Part shown: in pieces, positions 1 through 10,400 of the stretch
Layout of the letters: every line of letters begins with the position of its first letter
Numbering within the stretch: the stretch's first letter is position 1
IMG/VR virus record: IMGVR_UViG_3300042904_000196
Coordinates: 10,485 to 74,484 of that record
Source: a virus
Direction: 5' to 3' (one strand)
Length of the DNA stretch: 64,000 bases
Notes under the pieces: model-generated
The model's database searches: none
What the model saw: only the letters and a program-made list of their open reading frames with translations
What the model was told of the DNA's origin: nothing
Made by a program: the position numbers and the translations under genes

Positions 1-183
1 GCTGTTGATATTGTGGTTCTCTATGAACCCACGTGTGCTGGTGCTGGAATCACCAACGAAATCGAAACCATTACACTGGTTGAGTTCCGTTGGGAAAGCA
101 TCGAACACGATCTTCGCGGTGGTCAGATTTCCGTCACTGGAAACTGCAATACGACGCTTGCACAGGTTGTTCGGTCTACGTAA
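1..183 (+). CDS. C-terminal fragment of probable major tail (tube) protein, 5'-truncated by window
   Basis: Frame 1 open from base 1 to TAA 181-183 (AVDIVVLYEPTC...QISVTGNCNTTLAQVVRST); followed by a terminator and the tail chaperone, as in siphovirus gene order. Confidence 0.6.
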   Translation, partial: AVDIVVLYEPTCAGAGITNEIETITLVEFRWESIEHDLRGGQISVTGNCNTTLAQVVRST

Positions 184-189
184 TCAGAT

Positions 190-220
190 GGGGCGATCCT
201 TCGGGGTCGCCCCTTTCTTC
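190..220 (+). terminator. Intrinsic terminator
   Basis: GGGGCGATCC-TTCG-GGGTCGCCCC hairpin followed by TTTCTTC. Confidence 0.8.
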
Positions 221-231
221 TCAAAGGGTAA

Positions 232-768
232 GTGATGAAAATTAAAGGTAAAGAAATCAAGTCGTCCAATATCGAGTTTGTTGTCCTACCGCGAAACGAC
301 GGCGACATTGTGTTCGAGTGCCATGCGGTCTTGGACTACAAGCCTTTCGATCTTATGTGTCCCGAGCCGAAGCCTCCCTTTAAGATGCTTCCCGGTGGTC
401 AGAAGCTTATTAACGTTGAGGATGCCAAGTACAAGGAAAAGCTTTCGGCCATCAATCTTAGGAAGATCAGTTGGATGGTTCTGAAATCTTTGGAACCCAC
501 TGGTATCGAGTGGGACACGGTCAAAATGGATGACCCCGAAACGTGGGGCAACTACATTGCTGACCTACAGAAATCAGGTTTCTCTGAGGTTGAAATCAAT
601 CGCATTGTCATGGGTGTCATGGCTGCGTGTTCTCTGGACGAGGCCAAGATTGAAGAGGCTCGTCAGCGTTTTTTGACTTCTCGCCGGGATACGGCAGAAA
701 ATTCGTCTATCCAAATGGACGCACAGCAGAATACTCCGTCTGGCGAGTCTGCGAACGTTTCGGCCTAA
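232..768 (+). CDS. Tail assembly chaperone (gpG-like)
   Basis: 178 aa between tail tube and tape measure; in-frame slippery heptamer T TTT TTG at 669-675. Confidence 0.75.
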   Translation: MMKIKGKEIKSSNIEFVVLPRNDGDIVFECHAVLDYKPFDLMCPEPKPPFKMLPGGQKLINVEDAKYKEKLSAINLRKISWMVLKSLEPTGIEWDTVKMDDPETWGNYIADLQKSGFSEVEINRIVMGVMAACSLDEAKIEEARQRFLTSRRDTAENSSIQMDAQQNTPSGESANVSA

Positions 769-902
769 GACCGCCAAACGTTAAAGAAACGTTCGATGAG
801 TGCGATGTTATGACACGGGCTGCCCTCTTAGCTTATGAGGTAATCCGTGAGCATGAAGAATATACAGAAACTGCTCTTGTAGCAGGTGCTAAGATGGCCT
901 GA
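669..902 (+). CDS. -1 frameshift extension of the tail chaperone (gpGT-like)
   Basis: -1 frame from the slippery site reads FDFSPGYGRKFVYPNGRTAEYSVWRVCERFGLRPP...AGAKMA to TGA 900-902. Confidence 0.7.
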   Translation, partial: FFDFSPGYGRKFVYPNGRTAEYSVWRVCERFGLRPPNVKETFDECDVMTRAALLAYEVIREHEEYTETALVAGAKMA

Positions 903-931
903 TTGATTCCCGAATCAATCAGGCCATTTTT
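894..931 (+). terminator. 16-bp perfect hairpin plus T-tract, centred on the dispersed palindrome
   Basis: ATGGCCTGATTGATTC-CC-GAATCAATCAGGCCAT followed by TTTT. Confidence 0.6.
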
Positions 932-942
932 GGAGGTAGCTA

Positions 943-1527
943 ATGGATGATTTCAAAGTTGTATTTGAAATCCCTGACCTGCGAGGGCTTGAAGAGGAAC
1001 TGCGGCGTGAAGCCAAAGAAGTATGGCTTTGGGCCATTGAGCAGGTGATACGTAATATTGTGCAGGATGCCCCGGACGGTATTCCTGTATTCACTGGACG
1101 CACAAAACAGACTCTCCAAGCGGCTATCGATGAACTGGTTGCTTTGGGTGGTGATGATATTCCTCTGACGTATATGTATAATCCGAACTACACCTTCACG
1201 TTTCTTATGAATCGTAAGGCGTATAAGGATTCTGTATATGGTCCGCCAGAGGATGCTGAGCTTAGATTTGATAACGATATCTTTTTGACATCGTTCACGT
1301 TGAACATACCTGATGAAGTCTTCGATGTTCAAAACATCGTAGGTGATTCCGGGCACAAAAACCCGCAACGATATGAGCCTTGGGACTTGTTGACGCAAGC
1401 CCGGCTAGATATTATTGACGAGCTTAAAGATCGTCTTGTTGCTTTGTATAAAAAGAGGGTACGTTCGCGGCTCAAGATACGTGTACGTGACACTCGTTCA
1501 CCACTTCGCAGGTCTTATGAGGAATAA
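943..1527 (+). CDS. Virion morphogenesis protein, HK97 gp10-like (tentative)
   Basis: GGAGG RBS; IPVFTGRTKQTL resembles the PVxTGxLxxSI motif. Confidence 0.4.
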   Translation: MDDFKVVFEIPDLRGLEEELRREAKEVWLWAIEQVIRNIVQDAPDGIPVFTGRTKQTLQAAIDELVALGGDDIPLTYMYNPNYTFTFLMNRKAYKDSVYGPPEDAELRFDNDIFLTSFTLNIPDEVFDVQNIVGDSGHKNPQRYEPWDLLTQARLDIIDELKDRLVALYKKRVRSRLKIRVRDTRSPLRRSYEE

Positions 1528-1529
1528 CG

Positions 1530-4500
1530 ATGGCTGACCTAACACTTACAGGAGACAGTCGAAGTGCTGTCAGAGCTATAGCGGAAATCCGTCTTGCTAT
1601 CTCACGTGCAACGGCAGGTAGCCTGACCATGGCGAAGGCTATGCGGGACGCTACAGCAGACATCAGGCGAATGAGCCGAAGCGGTGCCGTGCTAAATACG
1701 CTCGGTGCCTCAGCCGACAGATTGGCTGAAAAGATTCGGAAATCAACTGCCGAGTACAAGCTTCAGGCTAAGGAGATTGCAAACACCGCTCGAAGTATTC
1801 GCACGACACTTAATCGTTCGAGTGCAAAAGTCAGTTTCCTACCTGATGCGGGACAAAAAGGCCAAATCACGACTCTGATTGATAATGTCCGCGTCAAGAT
1901 GGATGAACTGGGACTAAAAGCTGCTCCGGTTAAGCGGCTGTTCAGTGAACTGTTCGCAGGTCAAACGCCTACGAAAATGACCGATGAAATGAGGAAGATT
2001 GAGCCACTCCTCAGCAGAATCGTGAATCTGCAAACTGGCTACATTAACAAACAGAAACAATCCATTGAAGTTGGCAAAAAGCTTGTGCAGACGACCAAGG
2101 ATCGTTTGGATGCCGAAGCCAAAGCGTCCCTCGGTGAACGCCGCGGTAGAATCTTTGCTGAAGCATCCAGCCCGAACCAGTCGAAGATTTTCGCTGCAAG
2201 AGCAACTGATACTGAAGTCGGCAAGCTTAATCGTGCTAACTTGGCAATTGCTGAAGCAAACAGGAAAGCACAGTTAAGTACACGGCAACTAACGCAGCTT
2301 CAGAATGATTATGTAAGTGGTGTGAAACGTTCCTTCAGTGCTGCTGAAGCTATCATGCTGCCGCATATCGAGCGACGTATAAATGCTATTCGAAGATTGG
2401 GTAACGAGCATGTTAAGGCTGAAGCCAAAGCCGCTGCCGCTGCCGCCGCTGCTGCCCGAAAAATTGCCACCAGTTATGAAGCCGCCAATAATCACTTGAA
2501 TAATCTTGTGCTTAGCTGGCGATCCATTATTAGGTTAGCGTCTATTCAGACATTGCACCTTGCCTTCGGTCGTTTGGTTAGTACGGCATTTGAAGCCTCA
2601 AGAGCTTTGGCCCAGTTACAGACTCAAATTGCCCTCATTCAATCGATTTCGCAAGATGCCCAGCTATCGCAGGAACAGTGGTCTGACTCCATTTTGGCTC
2701 TTTCAAGCAATAAGGGTTTTGACGCTGTTGAAGTTGCTGCTGCCACCTATGAAGCAATCTCGAATCAGGTGACCCGTGGTGCTGAAGCTGTGACCTTCAT
2801 GGGTCAGGCACTTGACTTTGCACGTGCTACAGGCTCGTCTACGACGGACGCTGTCAACTTGCTGTCTTCGGCTATTAACTCGTTCGGTAAATCGTCTGCT
2901 GACGCTGAACAGTTGGCCTCCGAGTTGTTTGCTGTTATTGACTTGGGCCGTGTCAAGGCTGAAGACTTGGCAAATACTTATGGCCGTGTGGCTCCTGCTG
3001 CAAAGCAATTAGGTCTTTCCACGGCGGAGTTTGGTGCATCCATTGCTGTCTTGACCCGAATCGGTGTCAAGCCGCGTGAAGTGCTTACACAGATTTCTGG
3101 TATCGTCACTAAGTTGATTGCCCCTACCGAAGAAATGACTGAACTTTTCGGTGAGTGGGGTGTTGCTTCCGGTGAAGCTGCTGTCAGAACGTTTGGATTC
3201 TTGGGTGTGTTGCAGAAATTGCAAATCGCTGCGGAATCCGGCGATAGCCGTTTGACGGAATTGGCACAACTCTTTAACGAAGTGCGTGGCTTGCGTGGTG
3301 CAGCGTTCCTTTCTTCCGATCAGGGTATTAAGGAATTTAGTGATACCCTTAGTCAGATTACGGGACGCATTGAAAATTATAAGGAAGCTGTTCGCGTTAC
3401 CTCGGAGTCAAACGCTGCTGTTCTGAAAAAGTCAACAGAAGAATTCAAGAACTATGTCTTGAAGAATATTGTTGAACCGATTCAGAATTTCATTGTCGGT
3501 ATGATCCGTAACGGTACAACGTTAACGAGTCTTTTCGTTTCGTTGCGTGCTGCTATACTTCCTTTGCTCACATCATATGCTGCTTGGCGTATTGCTATCA
3601 TATTGGCTAATGGTGGTTTGGCTAGAGCTATTCAGTTAGTTCGGACGCGGACACAATTGGCTTTGCTTGAAACCCAAGTATTGTCCAAGAATATTGTTGT
3701 CCAGAAAAAAGCAGAACAGGCTTTAGCAGATTATGCTAGAGCCGGTGCCGTTTTCAAAAGTCTTGGTATCGGTGTTGCAATATCCGTTATTACGGCGGCT
3801 TGGGTTACGTATGCCCAAGTGCAAGCAGAGATTGCCGAATCTGAAAGAGCCCGTGCCGAAGTTATTAAGCGTTTAACGGCTGTCGAAAACCAGCAGGCAA
3901 TTCGCCAGCAACAGATTCTTGAGAAATTGTCTGGTGCGTTCAGGAAAGCGCTAGATGCTCGCTATCAGGCTTTGCGTCAATATGCTGCTGCGGTTTCTCG
4001 TTTGGCTGGCACCATAGAATCTAATCTTGCTGAGGCACTCGAAGACGCCATTGATCGCTCAAAAGACAGCATGAAAGATTTTGTGAGTGATCTGGACAAG
4101 AGTATCACTGATATTGGTTCCAGAATCAAAGAGCTGAATTCGGAAATTGATAAGGCCACCAAGAACCGTGCTAAGAGCGGTGAGACATTCCAGAAGCGTA
4201 TCTTTGACCAGCTTCTGAAAAATGTTGAGAAGGAAGATGATCCGGCTAAAACGATTAAGCTTATCGAAGAACGCAAGAAACAACTTGAGGCAGCCGCCAA
4301 GCTTGCACAAGCTAACATTGTACAACCTAATGGCACTATCAATGAAGATGCCCATGAGGTTGTTGTTAAGAATCTTGAAGAGGCAGCAAATCTCCAAGAG
4401 CGTATCGCTGATATTATGCGTGAGACTGGTGATGATACCGGTTTGAGGAAATTACTTTCCCCGGCAGGTGAATTTGCTCGCATACAGAAACTCTTGAACC

Positions 4501-5813
4501 AGTATCAAGATGACTACATTGCTAAGTTGAAACGTGCTGAACAGCTTGAGCAAGCTAAGCTTGACAGGCAGAAACAGGCTGTCGAGGCTGTCAAGGAACA
4601 GTTCAAAGTTCTTGAGAAAATCAATTCCAAGACGCCTGAAACCTCGGAAGATCGTCGGCAACAAATTAATGCCACGATGGATCAAGTCGGTACCATATTG
4701 CGGACTTTGGTTGGTGCAGGTATTGATCTAAATACTGCAACAAAGCTATTTTCTACGTTTGAAGATCAGCTTAGGACGCAAGGTCAAGCTCTTGTTACTG
4801 CTCGTCAATCTGAGAAGTTGTCTGGTACGCAGAAAGATATCGATGCTCTGGAAGCAGACAAACAGGCAGAAGCTAAAAAGCTTCTAGACATACAGTCTAA
4901 CACTGTGGCCGAATCGAAAAAAGCATTCGGTGAGATTTCATCGTTTGCTGATGCTTTCTCGGTTTCGAGTCTTTTGAATGTAAGTGTGTCTGCGGCTAAA
5001 GAGGCTTTTGGCCGTGCAGAAGCTAAGGGTCTCCCGAAAAGATTCTTTGAAGGCGGGGACGTTGACGTAGATCAGCTTTTACAGAATCTGCGAACGGCTA
5101 CAGCCACGGCTGCCATAGAGCCCTCGGCCGGTAACCTGTCGGCTGTCGATGCTTCGTTAAAGAATTTTGCTATACTGGTTGATAGCTTCACTGAAGCATC
5201 GCCTCAAAATGCTGATTTTGTAACCATGATGCAACAAGTTAGCACGTTACAAAATCAATTGAATAAGGTTTTTGCAGGGACAGCGGCAGCAAAAACAGCC
5301 GAAACTGCTTTGCAAAATATAACTACAAACTTGGCTGCTCAACAGCAATCTTTCACAGCACAAATTGCTACTTTGGATAAGCTGTCTCAAGCTGAAATCA
5401 AACATGCTCAAGATCGCCAAAGAATGATTCAAGCTTTGGATCAGGCAAATAATTATCTACGTAGCATCGCTGGGCTTCCCAAGAAAGCTGCTGGCGGCTG
5501 GATATCTGGTGGCATCCCCGGTCGCGATAGCGTACCTATCCTTGCTCAGCAAGGTGAGTTTGTTGTCAATGCACGGGCTGCTCAACGTAATGCTGCTTTG
5601 CTCACGGCCCTGAACAGTGGTCGTGGATTCCGGGGATATGCTCAGGGTGGATTTGTTTCACCTAAGGGCGGTAGCTCGTCGTCTTCTGTGTCGTTTGATT
5701 TTAGTGGTATGGCGATATCCGTTCAGGGCGGTTCTAGTGACCGCGAAACGGCTATGAACATCGGTCGTATCCTTGAGCGTGAAGTACGCCGTGGCACGAT
5801 TAAGTTAAATTAA
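1530..5813 (+). CDS. Tail tape measure protein
   Basis: 1427 aa, Ala-rich and helical; TP901-type core (AVNLLSSAINSFG...LFAVIDLG); C-terminal AAGG...RDSVPILAQQGEFVVNARA motif. Confidence 0.93.
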   Translation: MADLTLTGDSRSAVRAIAEIRLAISRATAGSLTMAKAMRDATADIRRMSRSGAVLNTLGASADRLAEKIRKSTAEYKLQAKEIANTARSIRTTLNRSSAKVSFLPDAGQKGQITTLIDNVRVKMDELGLKAAPVKRLFSELFAGQTPTKMTDEMRKIEPLLSRIVNLQTGYINKQKQSIEVGKKLVQTTKDRLDAEAKASLGERRGRIFAEASSPNQSKIFAARATDTEVGKLNRANLAIAEANRKAQLSTRQLTQLQNDYVSGVKRSFSAAEAIMLPHIERRINAIRRLGNEHVKAEAKAAAAAAAAARKIATSYEAANNHLNNLVLSWRSIIRLASIQTLHLAFGRLVSTAFEASRALAQLQTQIALIQSISQDAQLSQEQWSDSILALSSNKGFDAVEVAAATYEAISNQVTRGAEAVTFMGQALDFARATGSSTTDAVNLLSSAINSFGKSSADAEQLASELFAVIDLGRVKAEDLANTYGRVAPAAKQLGLSTAEFGASIAVLTRIGVKPREVLTQISGIVTKLIAPTEEMTELFGEWGVASGEAAVRTFGFLGVLQKLQIAAESGDSRLTELAQLFNEVRGLRGAAFLSSDQGIKEFSDTLSQITGRIENYKEAVRVTSESNAAVLKKSTEEFKNYVLKNIVEPIQNFIVGMIRNGTTLTSLFVSLRAAILPLLTSYAAWRIAIILANGGLARAIQLVRTRTQLALLETQVLSKNIVVQKKAEQALADYARAGAVFKSLGIGVAISVITAAWVTYAQVQAEIAESERARAEVIKRLTAVENQQAIRQQQILEKLSGAFRKALDARYQALRQYAAAVSRLAGTIESNLAEALEDAIDRSKDSMKDFVSDLDKSITDIGSRIKELNSEIDKATKNRAKSGETFQKRIFDQLLKNVEKEDDPAKTIKLIEERKKQLEAAAKLAQANIVQPNGTINEDAHEVVVKNLEEAANLQERIADIMRETGDDTGLRKLLSPAGEFARIQKLLNQYQDDYIAKLKRAEQLEQAKLDRQKQAVEAVKEQFKVLEKINSKTPETSEDRRQQINATMDQVGTILRTLVGAGIDLNTATKLFSTFEDQLRTQGQALVTARQSEKLSGTQKDIDALEADKQAEAKKLLDIQSNTVAESKKAFGEISSFADAFSVSSLLNVSVSAAKEAFGRAEAKGLPKRFFEGGDVDVDQLLQNLRTATATAAIEPSAGNLSAVDASLKNFAILVDSFTEASPQNADFVTMMQQVSTLQNQLNKVFAGTAAAKTAETALQNITTNLAAQQQSFTAQIATLDKLSQAEIKHAQDRQRMIQALDQANNYLRSIAGLPKKAAGGWISGGIPGRDSVPILAQQGEFVVNARAAQRNAALLTALNSGRGFRGYAQGGFVSPKGGSSSSSVSFDFSGMAISVQGGSSDRETAMNIGRILEREVRRGTIKLN

Positions 5814-5823
5814 GGAGATTCCC

Positions 5824-6318
5824 TTGAAACGTTTCAAAGTCATGCATAATGTCGAAGTCACCAATGTCGGTTCCGATGGTAAGGTGAAGTGGAAGGAAAC
5901 TGTCCACAACGAAATCACCACGGTCGGATTTAACAAGCTTCTGGATGTTATGTTCGGTGCCGTTACAGCCATCAGTGCATGGTTCTGTGGCCTTGTGAAC
6001 AACAGCGGTTTTGTTGGTTTCGCCGTAGGCGATACTATGGCGTCCCATGCAGGGTGGACGGAGTTCACTGACTATACCGGTGAACGCCAAGAATGGACGG
6101 TCGGAACAGCGGCTGCTGCAAGCATTACGAATGCAGCGGCTATGGCGTTCCCGATCACCGGAACGGGAACCCTGAAAGGTATTATGATTACCAGTGAGGA
6201 AGACAACTCTCTTTCCACGGGTACGCTTTGGTCTACGGCAGCCTTTAGTTCGGCTCAAGCTGTAGGCAGCGGCGATACTGTGAATGTGACGTACACTGTT
6301 ACGGCGTCTGAAGTCTAA
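5824..6318 (+). CDS. Minor tail/virion structural protein
   Basis: AAGGAG RBS with TTG start; beta-rich (N.ITTVG...GDTVNVTYTV) like phage tail-associated proteins. Confidence 0.6.
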   Translation: MKRFKVMHNVEVTNVGSDGKVKWKETVHNEITTVGFNKLLDVMFGAVTAISAWFCGLVNNSGFVGFAVGDTMASHAGWTEFTDYTGERQEWTVGTAAAASITNAAAMAFPITGTGTLKGIMITSEEDNSLSTGTLWSTAAFSSAQAVGSGDTVNVTYTVTASEV

Positions 6319-6749
6319 TGGCTATTTACGACCTCAGCGTATCTCATACGCTGGGCTTGGAGGGAACACCCTCTCGGGTGTTCTCCTTCAATATTACTCA
6401 CGGGCTCGGAATGTCGGGACCTCTCATTAAAGGGGTCCCGACTTCCGCGGCTAGTAACCTAGGTCTTTCCGGTGTTGCCCTCATGGTTAATGCCGGTCTG
6501 ATTCTGGAATCATTTTTGGGCATAGCACACTCTGTCACAAGAACTGTGACAGCCGCCCGAGCCCTTGTAAGTCTTTTAGGGCTGGGTCACACGGTGTCTG
6601 TGTACAAATTACCGTATGTTGAAACAGACTTCATTGATGCCTCAGCTACGTTCGAGATTGATGTAATTTCTCAAACGTGGGTTACGCTGCACTTTGGCGA
6701 GTGGTCGCTGCTTACGATGGCTGAATGGCAAGCCCTAGAAATGGAGTAA
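6318..6749 (+). CDS. Putative tail protein
   Basis: TAATG coupling; repeated S(H)xLG(L/M) motifs; tail module context. Confidence 0.5.
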   Translation: MAIYDLSVSHTLGLEGTPSRVFSFNITHGLGMSGPLIKGVPTSAASNLGLSGVALMVNAGLILESFLGIAHSVTRTVTAARALVSLLGLGHTVSVYKLPYVETDFIDASATFEIDVISQTWVTLHFGEWSLLTMAEWQALEME

Positions 6750-6752
6750 GCT

Positions 6753-7091
6753 ATGGCTTTCGTTTTGAAGAATCCAGATTTCGGCAGTAGCCTTTCCCTT
6801 GTGACAAATACTATCACAAGGAACACTGCCGGAGGAAAGCTTAACCAAGCTCGCGGTGTCGCATGGTTCAAGGCTCGCGTGTATGAGTGGCAGTTCACTC
6901 TCCAGAAGACACCCCTCGATGCTTTCCTTGCATTTGCTATAGAGAATGCCGGGAAGCTTGTTCAGATAACCGACGAGTACGGCATTAACCGTAATGGTGT
7001 TATTCACTCTTTGATACGTTATCAGCAGATCAGTCGCGGACCCTGCCCCATGTACAAGCTGTCTTTTACGTTTGAGGGGGTAGCCGAATGA
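6753..7091 (+). CDS. Distal tail protein (gpM/Dit-like, tentative)
   Basis: 112 aa beta-rich ORF downstream of tape measure. Confidence 0.5.
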   Translation: MAFVLKNPDFGSSLSLVTNTITRNTAGGKLNQARGVAWFKARVYEWQFTLQKTPLDAFLAFAIENAGKLVQITDEYGINRNGVIHSLIRYQQISRGPCPMYKLSFTFEGVAE

Positions 7092-7438
7092 TCGTTCTTG
7101 AATTTGCTAATGAATCGGTCGTCCTTCGGGAGGTCGGTTTTCCCGCCCGTACCCTAGATATTAAGGTGGACATAAAGCGTTCAATGGATGGTCAAATTAG
7201 AACCACCAAACAAACGCCCGTGACAACCTCCCATGAGCAAGAAATTGTTTTCCTCTCCAAGGTGAACATGGACGCTTTTATCGAGTTCATCTTCGATAGT
7301 ATGGGAGGGACGATCAAATATACCGACGGTGATAGTGTTGTGTGGTATGTAAAAATTACGAGCGAGCCAGCACAGATTGTTGATGCTGCCCGTAGCCGTA
7401 GAACGTGCACCTTACAGATGGTGAGTGTCGATGGTTAG
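7088..7438 (+). CDS. Distal tail protein (gpM/Dit-like, tentative)
   Basis: ATGA overlap; RSMDG..RT and F..F...S.G..IKY pattern typical of minor tail proteins. Confidence 0.5.
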   Translation: MIVLEFANESVVLREVGFPARTLDIKVDIKRSMDGQIRTTKQTPVTTSHEQEIVFLSKVNMDAFIEFIFDSMGGTIKYTDGDSVVWYVKITSEPAQIVDAARSRRTCTLQMVSVDG

Positions 7439-10400
7439 ATTCAATTTGCCGGGTGAAGCCATAGCACTCCGTGCACAGGAACCCATGATCCTTGTGCAGG
7501 TCAACTGGCCGGGTGCCGGTCAACGTTTCTACGCTGACCGAGATTATGGTGTTTGGAAAGGTCGTGTAATCAATTTCAGCGGCATTGTTTCCGAGAAGAC
7601 TCGGGACAGTTCCGGTAACGTTTCGCAGTGCAACATCATTTTGGATGATTTTGATTCCGAAATCAAAGTGATCGTTGATCTGGTTTCGACGGAAGGTGCT
7701 GAAGCTTACATCTACCACCAGTACAAAGATGGTTCGCAGAATGAGCTTTTCCGTGGTAGAGTCACAAACCTAACGTGGGACGAGGGCCAGCGTCAAGCTT
7801 CCTTTGAGGTTGTTTCGGTTATCGAAAGTCTTCAGGTTGGCTTCATGGCAACCGAAGACGATACCCTTGACCCGAACAACGAAGTGGCTATCGGTAAGCA
7901 GTGGCCGCTTGTCTTTGGAAAAGTGGCTCATGTCCCTGCTGTCCTAGCTCAGACATGCCCGCGTGGTAAGCTTCAGGATGCCATTCATCTAACGCCGACA
8001 CTGTCTAAAATCTATCAGATGGTTGGCGGTGGAACGTCCACGACGGATTATCCGAAAGGGGTTGAGCTTCTCAAGGAAACGGATGTTGCTCGTATCGTCG
8101 ATGCTCCCATGGTTGAAGGAAGTGTCGAGGTCACCGAGTTAAAGAAATTCCGCGTCAAAGAGAGTAAGCGGTTCCGCCACAACACCGACATTATTTTGTC
8201 CATTGGTGGTGTGCTGTTCGGTGGCAAGTTTCTAATCTCTGATAATACTCATGCGGACTACGATGTCTTCACAGTTGCTATGCCCAACCTGCCGAAGTTC
8301 TACGATGTGCTTTTTGCTGCTCGCCAAGTTGGGAAAGACTACGATAATCCCAAGGTAGCTTGGCTCAAAGATTCCAATATCGATTTGAGCGGTTGCTATG
8401 TGTACGTGAAGTACACGCAGACATACCGCGATCCCGAAACCCACACCGTTAAAAGTCGGGAAATGATCGATGAAAATATCTGTGTCCGGCAAGAGGGGCT
8501 CAAGTGCTGGTTCAAGTATCCCTTCAAGATGAAGACATGTCCCGGTGCTCTTGAATCTGAAATCAATCCTGAGTGGGGATTGCCTACGCAGAACAGTTCA
8601 CTGGTGGCTGTCTACAACATCGCTCGCAATGGCATGGTCATTGAGATTGAAGCTTTCGTTAACGAAATGAAAGAACGCCTCGAAGGGCTCCGCAAGGATA
8701 TCCGCACAAATGAGGCCGGAATCAAATCGCCCTATTCCCCGCTGCTCAGACAGCTTGACATGATGCAGTTTGTGAAGAATGCTTTCTGGTCTGCTCACGC
8801 GGGCTCGCTGGTTATCGAATGGGTTCCCGTAACAGGTGACATTTACGTTGCTAACGCTACGGAGTCCGACGAGGTTCACGCCGTGCACGCTTTGCGAACC
8901 ATGCCCAATGGCGAGCAAGTCCTTACGGCTGTGCCTAAGTCGTTCTACACCGTGAACACCAGCCGTAACGTGAACGTTGAAGAACCCTTCACATGCACAA
9001 CGATAGAGTTCAATCGTCCGCTTGACAGTTATGACTTGAACTTCGATGCCAGTGAAATCTTCGTTACGCTTACATCGTCCGTTGGAAGTAACACGGCCAA
9101 CATCATCCGTTGGCTTATTGAAACCTATACAGGCTATGATGTCGATGAAATCTCCTTTGATGCTGTCGAAGCTATGGTGGAACAGTATCCATCGAACTTT
9201 GCATACTTCAATAACGTTGACGCTCTGTCACTCATTAAGGAGATTGCTTGGCAGGCTCGCTGTGCCATTATAACGGATAATGAGTTTGTCAAAATTCGTT
9301 ACCTTAGTGCTGTCCCGGTAACACAAGGTTTGATTACGGAATCAAATGTGGAGTTTGGCAACCTTGAGTTGTCTACGACACCGGTTGATTTTATCTATAC
9401 CCAGTTGAAGGCGAATTACCAGACATCCTACGATCCGACCGTGGTGTTTCCGCTTAGACTGATTTACAGTAACAACATCGATTTGTATGGGCTCCGAGAG
9501 CAAGAGGTCGATTTCTACATCTACAATCACCCCGCTTTGATTCGGAAATCAATGCAGTTTTGGGGTGTAAGGCTATCGAATTCGTGGCGGTTCCTGAGGT
9601 TGAAGAGTTTCACGAACCTAATGAACCTCGAAGTCTTTGATGCTGTTACGGCCACATTCTTCACAGGCATCGTGCCGGGTTCCAACACGCTGGGCACTAT
9701 TGAAGCTACACGCTTTGACCCTGTGAATACGAGCGTCGATTTGACGGTATGGCTGTCCGCTATCGCTGGAACAACAAACCAGCACGCATACGCTTGGCTC
9801 GATGAAGGTCTTGACGAAGAGTATGTGAATGAAGCGGATAAGTACACTGAAACAGATGTATGTCTCTTTTATACGATTGACAAGTTGGACATCAACGAAA
9901 CTATGCGTGAGTTTCGTAAGATGGAAATGGGCTCCTACTCACTTGGTAAAATTGTCGGAGTCGATTCTGTCCGTCCAACTCGAAAGCGTGTTCTGGTGTA
10001 TAACCGCGGGCCATTCCGCCCACCGCAACCCGTGAAGTATGTATGGATGTGGGATACTACCCCACACCATGACCTGAAGATTGGTGATTGGGTACAGTGT
10101 CAATCAGGCCAAGACGGTATTGATTACACAACCAAATACGAACTGCCCGTTCACCTTGCTAAGGTGGTTTCGTATGGTGCCGGTAAGTATACCCTTGAAC
10201 TGGTACGCCCCTACGATGGGCCTAACAATGTTTGGCCGTGGCGTGTCGAAGAGAATGCACGCGGCTCTGAGGCTTCGGCTCCTGCTGAAACCATCGAAGC
10301 ATATAACCTTGCTGAAATCGGTAAGGAAAATGCTGGTGAACTTGAACCGGACACATTGGTTGCTGTCCACCACGCTGCGAACGATACGCAGACGGACAAC

